DNA of 32,000 bases, from assembly GCF_001465295.1 (NCBI RefSeq), contig NZ_CP011034.1, positions 3,330,001 through 3,362,000 of the forward strand, read 5' to 3'. Positions 9,222-17,881 of this stretch are shown in pieces. Under the pieces are notes generated by a model. It did no database searches. It was not told where the DNA came from and saw only the letters and a program-made list of their open reading frames with translations. Source of the DNA: Pseudoalteromonas translucida KMM 520. Lineage in GTDB: Bacteria; Pseudomonadota; Gammaproteobacteria; Enterobacterales; Alteromonadaceae. Every line of letters begins with the position of its first letter. Position 1 is the first letter of the stretch. The translations under genes were made by a program, and so were the position numbers.

Positions 9222-9701
9222 ATGCAAAAACATAACGAGTTATTGGTTTCTTTACGTAAAGTGATTCGTGCGATCGATTTACACTCTAAGCAACTGAATA
9301 AAACTTCAGGCTTAACTGGGCCACAACTACTTATAATGCAAGAGGTTTCCCAGACAGATGGGATAACAGCAAGCCGTATAGCTCAAAATGTAAATTTAAG
9401 CCCGGCAACCGTTACTAATATTCTTGATAGGATAGAAGGTAGAGACTTAGTAACTCGGGTACGTAGCCAAATGGATAAGCGTCGAGTGAGTTTATACCTC
9501 ACCGATAAAGGAAAGGAGTTACTTGATAAAGCACCGCAACCACTACAAGAGCATTTTATTGCTAAGTTTTCGGCACTTGCCGAGTGGGAGCAGAGCCTAT
9601 TACTGTCGTCAATGCAGCGCATTGCCGCAATGATGGATGCAGATAAACTTGATGCATCGCCTCTGTTAGAAGTGGGGGCGCTTACTCAAGCTCCTAAATA
9701 A
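9222..9701 (+). CDS. MarR-family transcriptional regulator
   Basis: It has a winged-helix MarR pattern: LTGPQLLIMQEVSQTDGITASRIAQNVNLSPATVTNILDRIEGRDLVTRVRSQMDKRRVSLYLTDKGKELL. It is 159 aa long. Confidence 0.85.
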   Translation: MQKHNELLVSLRKVIRAIDLHSKQLNKTSGLTGPQLLIMQEVSQTDGITASRIAQNVNLSPATVTNILDRIEGRDLVTRVRSQMDKRRVSLYLTDKGKELLDKAPQPLQEHFIAKFSALAEWEQSLLLSSMQRIAAMMDADKLDASPLLEVGALTQAPK

Positions 9702-9762
9702 TAAATTTACACGGGATGTGCTTTACATCTTAAATTTTCAATCAAAATCTGAGCAGCAATTT

Positions 9763-11082
9763 ATGACTAAACTTTCGAAATTAACACTTGCCCTCATGCT
9801 AGCTGGTGCGTCGAGCAATGTATTCGCCGCAGATCTAGACACGCTTCAAACTCAGCTTAAGCAACTTAAACAGCAAATGCAGATGCTAGAGCAGCAATTA
9901 GCTGCTGAAAAAACCAAACAACAGAAAATTAATGAGCAACACGAACAACAAGTTGCTCAAATAAGTAAAAAAGCGGAACAAACAACTGTGGTTGCTGCCA
10001 CTAAAGCTGAAGAAAAAGAATCTGCTGGTATAACCGTAGGTGGTGCTATTCGTACTAACTACAGTGTTACCTCGTATAGTGAAGGTAATGAAGACCGCCT
10101 TGGTGACTTTGATTTTGATATTTTTCGTTTAAACCTCTCAGGTGAAGTTGGTGGTGTACTTTTAGGCGGTGAAATTCGCTTTTTTGATTACATGACCGTT
10201 ATAAAATCAGCGTGGGCTGGTTATCAACTTAATGATGAGTGGCAAGTGCAAGCAGGTATTACTAAAGTACCATTTGGTAACGACCCGTATAACTCACATA
10301 ATTACTTTTTTAGTACTAACTATTATATTGGCCTAGAGGATGATCACGATCTAGGTATTATGTTTAAACGTAAAGTTAGCGATAACTGGCAGCTAGACCT
10401 TGGCTTTTTCAAAAATGATGAACTTGGTGGTGTTGACGGTTATGTAGAAGATCGTAGCCATCGTTATTCGTACGATATTGTTGGAAGCCGCCCTGTCGGT
10501 GAAGGTATTTACGCAGAGCCTGCAAAACAGCTTGGCGAATACAACACCTTTACCGGTCGTTTTGCCTATCATTTTGAACACGGCGAAGGCATAACCACTG
10601 AAGTAGGTATTTCAGCACTTGCGGGTGGCTTACATGATGGGACCGATCGTGCGGGTGATTACAATGCTTGGGCACTGCACTTAAATAGCCATATTAATAA
10701 CTGGAATATTCAACTACAACACGGTGAGTATAACTACAATGTTGATAATATAGATCGCATGGCTGTAGGCGCATACGGGTTTTATGATTCAATTGCCGCC
10801 GATGCTACTACCAGTACCTTTAACGTAGCATATAGCGTACCAGTACAATGGGGACCGGTAAGCAACCTACAGTTTTATAACGACTACGGTATTATTTACA
10901 ATAAATCAGACAACAGCGCAAATACCTGGATGAACGTAACGGGTGTATCGGTTGCCGCCGGAGGACTATTTACTTACATCGATTATGTACATGCGCGTAA
11001 TCAGCCATTTGTAGGCGGTTCTATCGCGGGTAACGGCGAAACAGAAAGCCGCTTTAATATTAACCTTGGTTATTACTTTTAA
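9763..11082 (+). CDS. Outer-membrane porin with an N-terminal periplasmic coiled coil (DcaP-like architecture)
   Basis: This is track ORF 9718-11082. I prefer the ATG at 9763, which gives the signal peptide MTKLSKLTLALMLAGASSNVFA. It is followed by a ~50-aa heptad-rich Q/K/E segment (DLDTLQTQLKQLKQQMQMLEQQLAAEKTKQQK..). After that comes G/Y/N/D-rich beta-strand sequence ending in the classic OMP terminus LGYYF. Confidence 0.7.
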   Translation: MTKLSKLTLALMLAGASSNVFAADLDTLQTQLKQLKQQMQMLEQQLAAEKTKQQKINEQHEQQVAQISKKAEQTTVVAATKAEEKESAGITVGGAIRTNYSVTSYSEGNEDRLGDFDFDIFRLNLSGEVGGVLLGGEIRFFDYMTVIKSAWAGYQLNDEWQVQAGITKVPFGNDPYNSHNYFFSTNYYIGLEDDHDLGIMFKRKVSDNWQLDLGFFKNDELGGVDGYVEDRSHRYSYDIVGSRPVGEGIYAEPAKQLGEYNTFTGRFAYHFEHGEGITTEVGISALAGGLHDGTDRAGDYNAWALHLNSHINNWNIQLQHGEYNYNVDNIDRMAVGAYGFYDSIAADATTSTFNVAYSVPVQWGPVSNLQFYNDYGIIYNKSDNSANTWMNVTGVSVAAGGLFTYIDYVHARNQPFVGGSIAGNGETESRFNINLGYYF

Positions 11083-11120
11083 GCCAAGTAAGTTAATTAG
11101 CTAGTTAATTAGTTACTTAT

Positions 11121-11146
11121 AAAGGGCAACATTGTTTGCCCTTTTT
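11121..11146 (+). terminator. Rho-independent terminator after the porin gene
   Basis: AAAGGGCAA-cattgt-TTGCCCTTT (9-bp stem) runs into a T tract. Confidence 0.8.
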
Positions 11147-11267
11147 GCTGCGCTAATTTTATTTACCCCTTTTATTGCCCACGTATTAAGTAACTGCAAT
11201 TGCGCTTAAATTGCGGCATTAATTACTCTATAATCAAACTAACTATAATTTAATAAAACTCACCTAA

Positions 11268-11663
11268 GTGGATATAAAAACAACCTATATATATTACAAA
11301 AAGGTATGGTTTAAAGTGCTTGGCTTAATGCTAGTGGTGCTTGGAATTATAGGTATAGTACTGCCGGTTATGCCCACCACCATCTTTTTTATTTTAGCTC
11401 TGGCCTGCTTTACCCGCTCATCTCCTGCACTTGAGCATTGGCTTTTAAATCACCCACGATACGGCACTACGCTGCAACAGTGGCAAGCACATAAAGTAAT
11501 GCCTGTTAAAGCCAAATATTGCGCTGCCCTTGGCATGCTGGTGGGTTTTATATTTTTACTGGCTTCATCTCCTGCTGTTTGGGTTATTCTTTTAGTTGCT
11601 ATAATTGAAGTAGCCGTAATGATTTATTTAATTTTAAGGCCCTCGTCCGTACCAAAAAGTTGA
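11268..11663 (+). CDS. ybaN: DUF454 inner-membrane protein YbaN
   Basis: LGIIGIVLPVMPTTIFFILALACFTRSSPALEHWLLNHPRYG parallels E. coli YbaN ([36 protein letters not shown]). The start is a GTG and there is no in-frame ATG before the first TM helix. Confidence 0.8.
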   Translation: MDIKTTYIYYKKVWFKVLGLMLVVLGIIGIVLPVMPTTIFFILALACFTRSSPALEHWLLNHPRYGTTLQQWQAHKVMPVKAKYCAALGMLVGFIFLLASSPAVWVILLVAIIEVAVMIYLILRPSSVPKS

Positions 11664-11689
11664 ATAACCTGAACTTTGGATAATAGTTA

Positions 11690-12073
11690 GTGCCTTCGCA
11701 TACTTCGTTATCTGGCGATAAAGCACATTATGTAATGATTGACGCGAGTATTTCTAATGAAATTTTTGCTCCCAACAAAGCATACCGCCCAGCTGAGGAA
11801 GACGCACAATACGACGATAATTTACTAATGGCTATCGGCCCTGATGGCAAACCTATTAGTGATAATATTCGCGCTTACTTTTTACAGCGTAAAAACTCTG
11901 CGGCAGTTAAATTAACCAGCGAAGGGACTTACCATATTGCAATGAAACGTGAACCACGTTTAATGACCTTCTATAAAGATGATAAAAACGGCTTTTTTAG
12001 CACAATGTGGCAGCACCCGGGTTTATACTTAATTGAAGCAAGCGTGAGCGAAGAGTCGACTGAAAAGGCATAG
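11690..12073 (+). CDS. Hypothetical cytoplasmic protein (no family recognised)
   Basis: This is a 127-aa ORF with a GTG start 26 nt after ybaN; an alternative ATG lies at 11735. Amino-acid composition is balanced, there is no signal peptide, and a good terminator follows. I recognise no motifs. Confidence 0.45.
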   Translation: MPSHTSLSGDKAHYVMIDASISNEIFAPNKAYRPAEEDAQYDDNLLMAIGPDGKPISDNIRAYFLQRKNSAAVKLTSEGTYHIAMKREPRLMTFYKDDKNGFFSTMWQHPGLYLIEASVSEESTEKA

Positions 12074-12160
12074 ATAACGGCGTTACTCGTTATTTACTAC
12101 ATTAGACGTTGCGCCAGAGTGATATTTAATAATTGAATTCAAGCATTAAAAAACAATAAA

Positions 12161-12188
12161 GAGGCCAAGTAATTTACTTGGCCTCTTT
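12161..12188 (+). terminator. Rho-independent terminator after the ybaN-orf127 unit
   Basis: GAGGCCAAGT-aattt-ACTTGGCCTC is a perfect 10-bp stem followed by TTT. Confidence 0.7.
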
Positions 12189-12413
12189 ACTTATATCAGC
12201 TACATTAATTTTATTAAAAAACACCTCAATACATCCTGAAGCTGCAACTACTCAACACAAGCATACCTATTTAAATCAGTACGTTCAGCGCAAAGTAAAC
12301 ACCAGCCTCAACTTTAGCATAACTTAGTTTTTTTTGATCTTTGCACTATCCTATCAGCTTCTTTAAGATGCGGCGCTTTTAGACTCAACAATAGCAGCCC
12401 TTGGGGGAGCAAC

Positions 12414-14945
12414 ATGACCATACAGCGCTTTTCAGCGAAAAAATTAGCACTTAGCTTGGCCGTTACTACTGCATTGAGCACGCCTTATTCAGTAGCTGTA
12501 GCCGCAGAGCAAGGTAATCAAGCACAAGAAAATATCGAAGTAATTTCAGTAACGGGTACTCGTCGCAGTTTACGCAGTATTGCTGAAAGTTCAGTACCTG
12601 TTGATATTATTACCAGTAGCGATATGGCCAGCACAGGCCAGCTTGAAATCAGCCAAGTACTTGCAAACCAAGTGCCGAGCTTTAACTACCCAAGCGCAAC
12701 AATGGGTGATGGTACAGACCATGCTAAACCTGCAGTTTTGCGTGGTTTAGCTCCCGATCACACCCTAGTGCTTATTAATGGTAAGCGTCGTCATTCAGGT
12801 GCGCTATTAAACTTAGCTGGCGTAGTTGGACGTGGTTCAACTGCTGTTGATTTAAATATGATCCCAACCTCGGCAATTAAGCGCGTAGAAGTATTACGCG
12901 ACGGTGCTGCAGCGCAATACGGCTCAGATGCCATTGCAGGGGTTATTAATATAATTCTTAAAGATGCAGCGCAGGGCGGCAGTGTAAGCGTAACTTACGG
13001 ACAATATGATACTCAAATGGCCGGAGTACCTCAGCTTGAAAGCGCGTACGCAGATGCAAACGGTAACTTAGCATTTAATACTGGCGACGACCGTAAAATG
13101 AGCGATGGTGCAACGCGTACTATTAGCGCTAACTCTGGTTTTTCGTTAGCCGATAACGGTTTTGTAAACGTATCTATTGAATATCGTGATAACGACTCTA
13201 CCCAACGCTCTGGTTTTGACCCTCGCGAGCAATATAGCCGCCTTGGTGATGGTAGCCTAGATCCACGTGAATTTACTATCGATCGTTACAATCACCGCTT
13301 TGGTAAAGCAGAGCTTGAAGACTATGCACTGTTTTACAATATGGGCTACGACTTTGATAACGGCTTAAACTTATACTCTTTTGGTAGCTACTCTAAGCGT
13401 GAAGGCAACTCAGGCGGATTTTATCGCCGAGCTGTAGATAAAAATAACATTTTAGACGTTTACCCTAATGGCTTTTTACCACAAATTGAAACCGACGTAG
13501 AAGATTACTCTCTCGCTCTGGGCTTGCAAGGTGAAACAGGCGACTGGACATGGGATGTAAGTACCAACTACGGTCGTAACGACTTTGCATTAGGCGTAGT
13601 AAATAGCTTAAATACATCTTTAGGTGCCACCAGCCAAACCGAATTTGATAACGGCGCATTGGTTTATGACCAATTTATTGTTAATGGAGATGCCAGCACA
13701 GCATTTGATTTAGGTTTACCAGATGACGTGTTTTTTACTATAGGTGCTGAATACCGCCACGAAAGCTACAAAATAGAACAAGGCGAAGAGGCTTCTTATA
13801 TTACCGCGCTTGATAGTAACGGCAAGCCAATTGCAGCAGGTGGTGCACAGGTACTATCTGGTTTTGGTCCGCAAAGCGTTACCGATGAAAGCCGCCACAA
13901 CGTAGCGCTTTTTGTTGAGTTTGATACCTACCTAACAGAAAAGTGGAATGTAGTTTTAGCCAGCCGTTATGAAGATTACAGCGACTTTGGCAACACATTT
14001 ACCTCAAAAATAGCAACGCGTTACAGTATTACTGATAACTTATCGTTACGTGGTGCAGCAAGTACCGGCTTTCGCGCGCCATCGCTAGCCCAAAGCTCGT
14101 ATCGTCAAATATCAACCATACTTGAAAACAACCAAGCGTTTGAAGTAGGTTTATTTCCAAGTGACTCACCAGCAGCACAAGCATTAGGCGCTAAAAAATT
14201 AGACGCTGAAGACTCTGTAAACTTAACCGCTGGCTTTGTCTATACACAGGGCAACTTTAGCCTAACGGTTGATGCATATCGTATTGATATTGATGACCGG
14301 ATTGTACTCTCTGAAAATTTAGCGGGTGCAGCAGTAGCGCAAATTTTAGCAAACGCTGGTGAGCTAAACACCGAAAGCGTACGCTACTTTACCAATGCAA
14401 TAGACTCACGCACGCAAGGTGTAGACATAGTTGCAACGTATTTGCTTGAGCTAGATAATCTAGGCGATGTGCGCTTAAACGCAGCGGTTAACTTTAACGA
14501 CACTGAAGTCACCCATATAGACGACAACCCTGAAGAACTCAATTCGTTAGGTGATGACTATGTTGTATTTGCTCGGCGTGAAGTGGGCCGTTTTGAAGAA
14601 GGCACACCAGATAGCAAACTAAACTTATCGGCCGTTTGGAACTTTAACCAATGGCAAACAACACTGCGTGCTACGCGCTATGGCGAAGTTGCTGATATTT
14701 CTACAAGCAGCGACCGAGATGAATACCTAGATGCAAAATGGATAACCGATCTTGAAGTGGCTTATAGCCCTAACGACGAATGGAAATTTGCCGTAGGCGC
14801 TAACAACCTGTTTGATCAGTACCCACAAGCAACTGTAGATAACATTGGTCACTCTAACTTTGGACAAATATTCCCGTACACCCCCTACGTGCCATACAGT
14901 TTAGATGGCCGCTTTTTATACGGTAATATTACTTACCGCTTTTAA
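12414..14945 (+). CDS. TonB-dependent outer-membrane receptor
   Basis: RBS GGGGGAG. Signal peptide ending AVA-AEQ. The plug region is NIEVISVTGTRR...AVLRGLAPDHTLVLINGKRRH...IKRVEVLRDGAAAQYGSDAIAGVINIILK. It has a long beta-barrel and the terminal aromatic motif ITYRF. Confidence 0.9.
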   Translation: MTIQRFSAKKLALSLAVTTALSTPYSVAVAAEQGNQAQENIEVISVTGTRRSLRSIAESSVPVDIITSSDMASTGQLEISQVLANQVPSFNYPSATMGDGTDHAKPAVLRGLAPDHTLVLINGKRRHSGALLNLAGVVGRGSTAVDLNMIPTSAIKRVEVLRDGAAAQYGSDAIAGVINIILKDAAQGGSVSVTYGQYDTQMAGVPQLESAYADANGNLAFNTGDDRKMSDGATRTISANSGFSLADNGFVNVSIEYRDNDSTQRSGFDPREQYSRLGDGSLDPREFTIDRYNHRFGKAELEDYALFYNMGYDFDNGLNLYSFGSYSKREGNSGGFYRRAVDKNNILDVYPNGFLPQIETDVEDYSLALGLQGETGDWTWDVSTNYGRNDFALGVVNSLNTSLGATSQTEFDNGALVYDQFIVNGDASTAFDLGLPDDVFFTIGAEYRHESYKIEQGEEASYITALDSNGKPIAAGGAQVLSGFGPQSVTDESRHNVALFVEFDTYLTEKWNVVLASRYEDYSDFGNTFTSKIATRYSITDNLSLRGAASTGFRAPSLAQSSYRQISTILENNQAFEVGLFPSDSPAAQALGAKKLDAEDSVNLTAGFVYTQGNFSLTVDAYRIDIDDRIVLSENLAGAAVAQILANAGELNTESVRYFTNAIDSRTQGVDIVATYLLELDNLGDVRLNAAVNFNDTEVTHIDDNPEELNSLGDDYVVFARREVGRFEEGTPDSKLNLSAVWNFNQWQTTLRATRYGEVADISTSSDRDEYLDAKWITDLEVAYSPNDEWKFAVGANNLFDQYPQATVDNIGHSNFGQIFPYTPYVPYSLDGRFLYGNITYRF

Positions 14946-14975
14946 TAAAAGTGCTAGCTAAAAGTTGAAAGTGAT

Positions 14976-15002
14976 AAAGGATGCATTACGCATCCTTTTT
15001 TT
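14976..15002 (+). terminator. Rho-independent terminator after the TonB-dependent receptor
   Basis: AAAGGATGC-attac-GCATCCTTT is followed by a T run through 15002. Confidence 0.85.
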
Positions 15003-15168
15003 AACTAAAGCAGAGCTAGGATATGCCAACGTTAATAATACTTTGAAGGCTGTAAAACTTTAAAAAACAGCATTTTTAGCCACTTAAATTATTGTATTTT
15101 ATAAGCGTGTCAGTCATTCTATTTATACGCAAACCACTTGGGTTTAAAAACTCACCTAGGAAAAACAC

Positions 15169-17061
15169 GTGTTAAAAATAGCTTTAATTTACTTAGCGGC
15201 AGCAATTGTAGCTGTGCCTATTGCCAAACGAGTAGGGCTCGGATCGGTGCTAGGTTATTTAATCGCTGGCATACTTATTGGCCCTTACGCCTTAGCTATG
15301 GTTGGCGATCAAACCGATGTAATGCACTTTGCCGAATTTGGCGTAGTAATGATGCTATTTTTAGTTGGTTTAGAGCTGCAACCGTCACGTTTATGGACAT
15401 TACGCCACTCTATTTTGGGGTTAGGTGGTTTGCAGGTAGTGTTAACCGCAGCCGTTATTTTTGCATCTTGTTATTGGCTGTTTGCCATGCATTGGCAAAC
15501 AGCCCTTGCCATTGGTTTAATGTTGGCGCTTTCCTCTACCGCTATTGTGCTGCAAAGCCTAGAAGAAAAAGGCTGGCTAAAACAAGAAGCTGGGCAAAAT
15601 GCTTTTTCTGTATTGCTATTTCAAGATATCGCCATTATTCCTATTTTAGCGTTATTACCCTTACTCGCATTTGCACCACTGAGCGGCAGCGCCGAGATTA
15701 GTGATTCAATTATTGCCAACTGGCCGGTTTGGCAACAAGTAGGTGCATCGGTTGCTGTTATTGCCGCCATTATTGTTTGCGGTAAATATATATCGGCCCC
15801 TATTTTTAGATACATAGCCCAAACACATATACGTGAAATATTTACCATTTTTGCGCTTTTTTTAGTGGTTGCCATTGCATTGGTTATGCAAAGTATTGAC
15901 TTATCACCTGCGCTGGGTACCTTTTTAGCTGGCGTAGTACTTGCCGAAAGCGAATTTAGGCACGAGTTAGAGGCCGACATAGAGCCCTTTAAAGGCCTGC
16001 TATTAGGGCTGTTTTTTATTACCGTGGGCGCGTCGATTAACTTTGAACTGTTTTTTAATCAATTTAGTACTGTAATTAGCTTAGTTGTTTTATTAATAGT
16101 AATTAAGGCCTGTATTTTATTTGCGCTGGCTTTTACCTTTAAAATAAATAAAAAACAGCAACTATTATTTACACTGGCTTTGGCACAAGGAGGCGAATTT
16201 GCTTTTGTATTGTTAAGTGTAACCAGTACGCTAAGCATTTTAACGCCCGAACAAACCGCGTTAACAACCTTAGTGGTGGCTATTTCTATGTTAATAGCCC
16301 CTTTATTATTAATGTTTTACGAACAACTGCAAAAACGCGATAGCAGCGTAAAACCTGAATTTGATAAACCCGAGCACATTAGTAGCGCTAAGCATGTCAT
16401 TATTGCCGGCTACGGTCGCTTTGGCCAAGTAATGGGGCGTTTACTGCATGCCCAGGGCTACGAAATAACAGTACTTGATCATAGCCCTACACAAATTGAA
16501 TTATTACGCCGCTTTGGTAAAACGGTATTTTATGGTGATGCTGGGCGTCAGGAGCTACTTGAAGCCGCAGGCGCAAAAACAGCGCAAATGCTGGTAGTGG
16601 CTATAGATAACCCCGATAAAACATTAGAAATTATTAAGCTTGCGCAAAAAAACTACCCGCAGTTAAAAATTGTTGCACGTGCTATCGACCGTCGCCATGC
16701 TTATCAATTACTTAGTTTAAAAGTAGATGCCTTTAATCGTGAAACGGTTGATTCTGCCATTAGCCTTGCGGTTAAAGCGCTCGAGTTATTAGGTAACAAT
16801 AAACCCGATGCCGAGCGAGCTGGTAGGCTATTTAGAGATCACGACCGCGCCAGTGTATTACAGTTAGCAAAATTATGGGGCGACGATATTAGCTACGGTG
16901 TAGCGGTACGCCAGCGCATGGAAGATTTAAAACAAGTACTACAACAAGACAAACAAGCACAAGAAGATTTAAATACCTGCGACAACAACGACTATATAGC
17001 GGGCTTAACAGAAGACGCTGCCAAGCCCAAAAAATCTAATGATGATGCTCACCTTGGATAG
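15169..17061 (+). CDS. kefB: Glutathione-regulated K+ efflux / monovalent cation:proton antiporter (CPA2, KefB/KefC type) with a C-terminal RCK/TrkA-N domain
   Basis: The GTG start gives LIYLAAAIVAVPIAKRVGLGSVLGYLIAGILIGPYAL, which parallels the KefC N-terminus. About 12 TM helices are followed by the Rossmann motif HVIIAGYGRFGQVMGRLL. I cannot resolve the B versus C paralogue from sequence alone. Confidence 0.85.
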   Translation: MLKIALIYLAAAIVAVPIAKRVGLGSVLGYLIAGILIGPYALAMVGDQTDVMHFAEFGVVMMLFLVGLELQPSRLWTLRHSILGLGGLQVVLTAAVIFASCYWLFAMHWQTALAIGLMLALSSTAIVLQSLEEKGWLKQEAGQNAFSVLLFQDIAIIPILALLPLLAFAPLSGSAEISDSIIANWPVWQQVGASVAVIAAIIVCGKYISAPIFRYIAQTHIREIFTIFALFLVVAIALVMQSIDLSPALGTFLAGVVLAESEFRHELEADIEPFKGLLLGLFFITVGASINFELFFNQFSTVISLVVLLIVIKACILFALAFTFKINKKQQLLFTLALAQGGEFAFVLLSVTSTLSILTPEQTALTTLVVAISMLIAPLLLMFYEQLQKRDSSVKPEFDKPEHISSAKHVIIAGYGRFGQVMGRLLHAQGYEITVLDHSPTQIELLRRFGKTVFYGDAGRQELLEAAGAKTAQMLVVAIDNPDKTLEIIKLAQKNYPQLKIVARAIDRRHAYQLLSLKVDAFNRETVDSAISLAVKALELLGNNKPDAERAGRLFRDHDRASVLQLAKLWGDDISYGVAVRQRMEDLKQVLQQDKQAQEDLNTCDNNDYIAGLTEDAAKPKKSNDDAHLG

Positions 17062-17749
17062 CTTGTCCCTGCTGGTTATAAAAGCCAGTGGCGCTATGCT
17101 CAATAAAACCAAGGTTAATCATTTTAGCTAAAAAGGGATCGTTTTCGTTGTCGCCTATATCGGCATAGTCGGTAGTTTGAAAGTTATCCCATTTAGCAAA
17201 CTGAGCAACTATCACTTGCTCATTACTGCTTACATTATTAAGGCTAAGTAAGGTGCTTACTTGGCTTTTTTTATTGCTAACTCTAAGCGTTTTAACTAAC
17301 TTTAACTGTGTAAATAAAGCCAGTTTATACTCAGTTTCGGCTTCGTTTAACACATAGTTTTTTACTTCTTCACAACCTGTGCCTTGGGTGTTTACTAACG
17401 TCATTTTTTCTATTAAATGCGCATCCACCAGCTGGTTTTTAGCACTCCAACTTTGTACCCCGCGCACTTCTGACGGTTGGTATTCAATACCTCGCTGCTG
17501 AGCATTAAAATAGCGAATTGGCCGTATTTGCTTATTAGTTAAATGCTGCCACAGTTCGGTCGTTATTTCGTTTTGATGTGCTACTTGTTGCTGGTTTCGC
17601 CACAGGGTTAGTGCTTGAGTTGTTGGCTCGTTATTTTTATTGTTGGTTACTGTGTAAGTTGCTTTTAATAGCGCTGGGTTAACATTGCATTGCAGGGAAA
17701 AAGCGCTGCTACTGAATAGTACGGTCATCATTAATAATGCTTTTTTCAT
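17036..17749 (-). CDS. Exported protein of unknown function with a C-terminal His-His-His tail; has its own Pho-box promoter
   Basis: Signal peptide MKKALLMMTVLFSSSAFS. The protein is 237 aa, I recognise no domain, and it ends GEHHH-stop (CATCATCAT TAG read from 17047-17036). A Pho box lies 54 nt upstream of the ATG. Confidence 0.65.
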   Translation of the reverse strand: MKKALLMMTVLFSSSAFSLQCNVNPALLKATYTVTNNKNNEPTTQALTLWRNQQQVAHQNEITTELWQHLTNKQIRPIRYFNAQQRGIEYQPSEVRGVQSWSAKNQLVDAHLIEKMTLVNTQGTGCEEVKNYVLNEAETEYKLALFTQLKLVKTLRVSNKKSQVSTLLSLNNVSSNEQVIVAQFAKWDNFQTTDYADIGDNENDPFLAKMINLGFIEHSATGFYNQQGQAIQGEHHH

Positions 17750-17786
17750 TGGGTACTCTTTTTTAATGGCTCTAACTTATGCTTTT

Positions 17787-17820
17787 AACATAGCTAAAAA
17801 TAATGGCTGTTTTATGACAA
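17787..17820 (-). promoter_or_regulatory. Pho box plus -10 element for the 237-aa ORF
   Basis: The minus strand at 17820-17803 reads TTGTCATAAAACAGCCAT. This matches the E. coli Pho-box consensus CTGTCATAAAACTGTCAT at 15/18 positions. Ten nt downstream is TATGTT (17792-17787), the geometry expected for PhoB-dependent promoters. Confidence 0.65.
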
Positions 17821-17830
17821 ATATAATATA

Positions 17831-17861
17831 AAAACAACCCGCACAGAGTACGAGTTGTTTT
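17831..17861 (-). terminator. Hairpin after the alkaline phosphatase pair
   Basis: The minus strand reads AAAACAACTCG-tactctgtg-CGGGTTGTTTT (stem with one mismatch). It ends in a T run followed by AT-rich sequence, and begins 21 nt after the stop at 17882. Confidence 0.5.
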
Positions 17862-17881
17862 GTACACAATTTATAAACTCA

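Noticed and set aside
12190-12413. Cobalamin riboswitch or Fur/Pho box upstream of the TonB-dependent receptor
   Set aside because: I looked because cobU is in the window and because a Fur box and Pho boxes occur elsewhere. I found no B12-box-like element, no GATAAT-type repeat and no 11-bp-phased CTGTCAT-like repeats. The substrate and regulation of this receptor remain unknown.
15138-15701. 187-aa ORF overlapping the start of the kefB-type gene in another frame
   Set aside because: Its translation is Cys/Arg/Trp-rich and has no recognisable features. The overlapping frame (15169-17061) is an unmistakable KefB/C homologue, so this is a shadow ORF.
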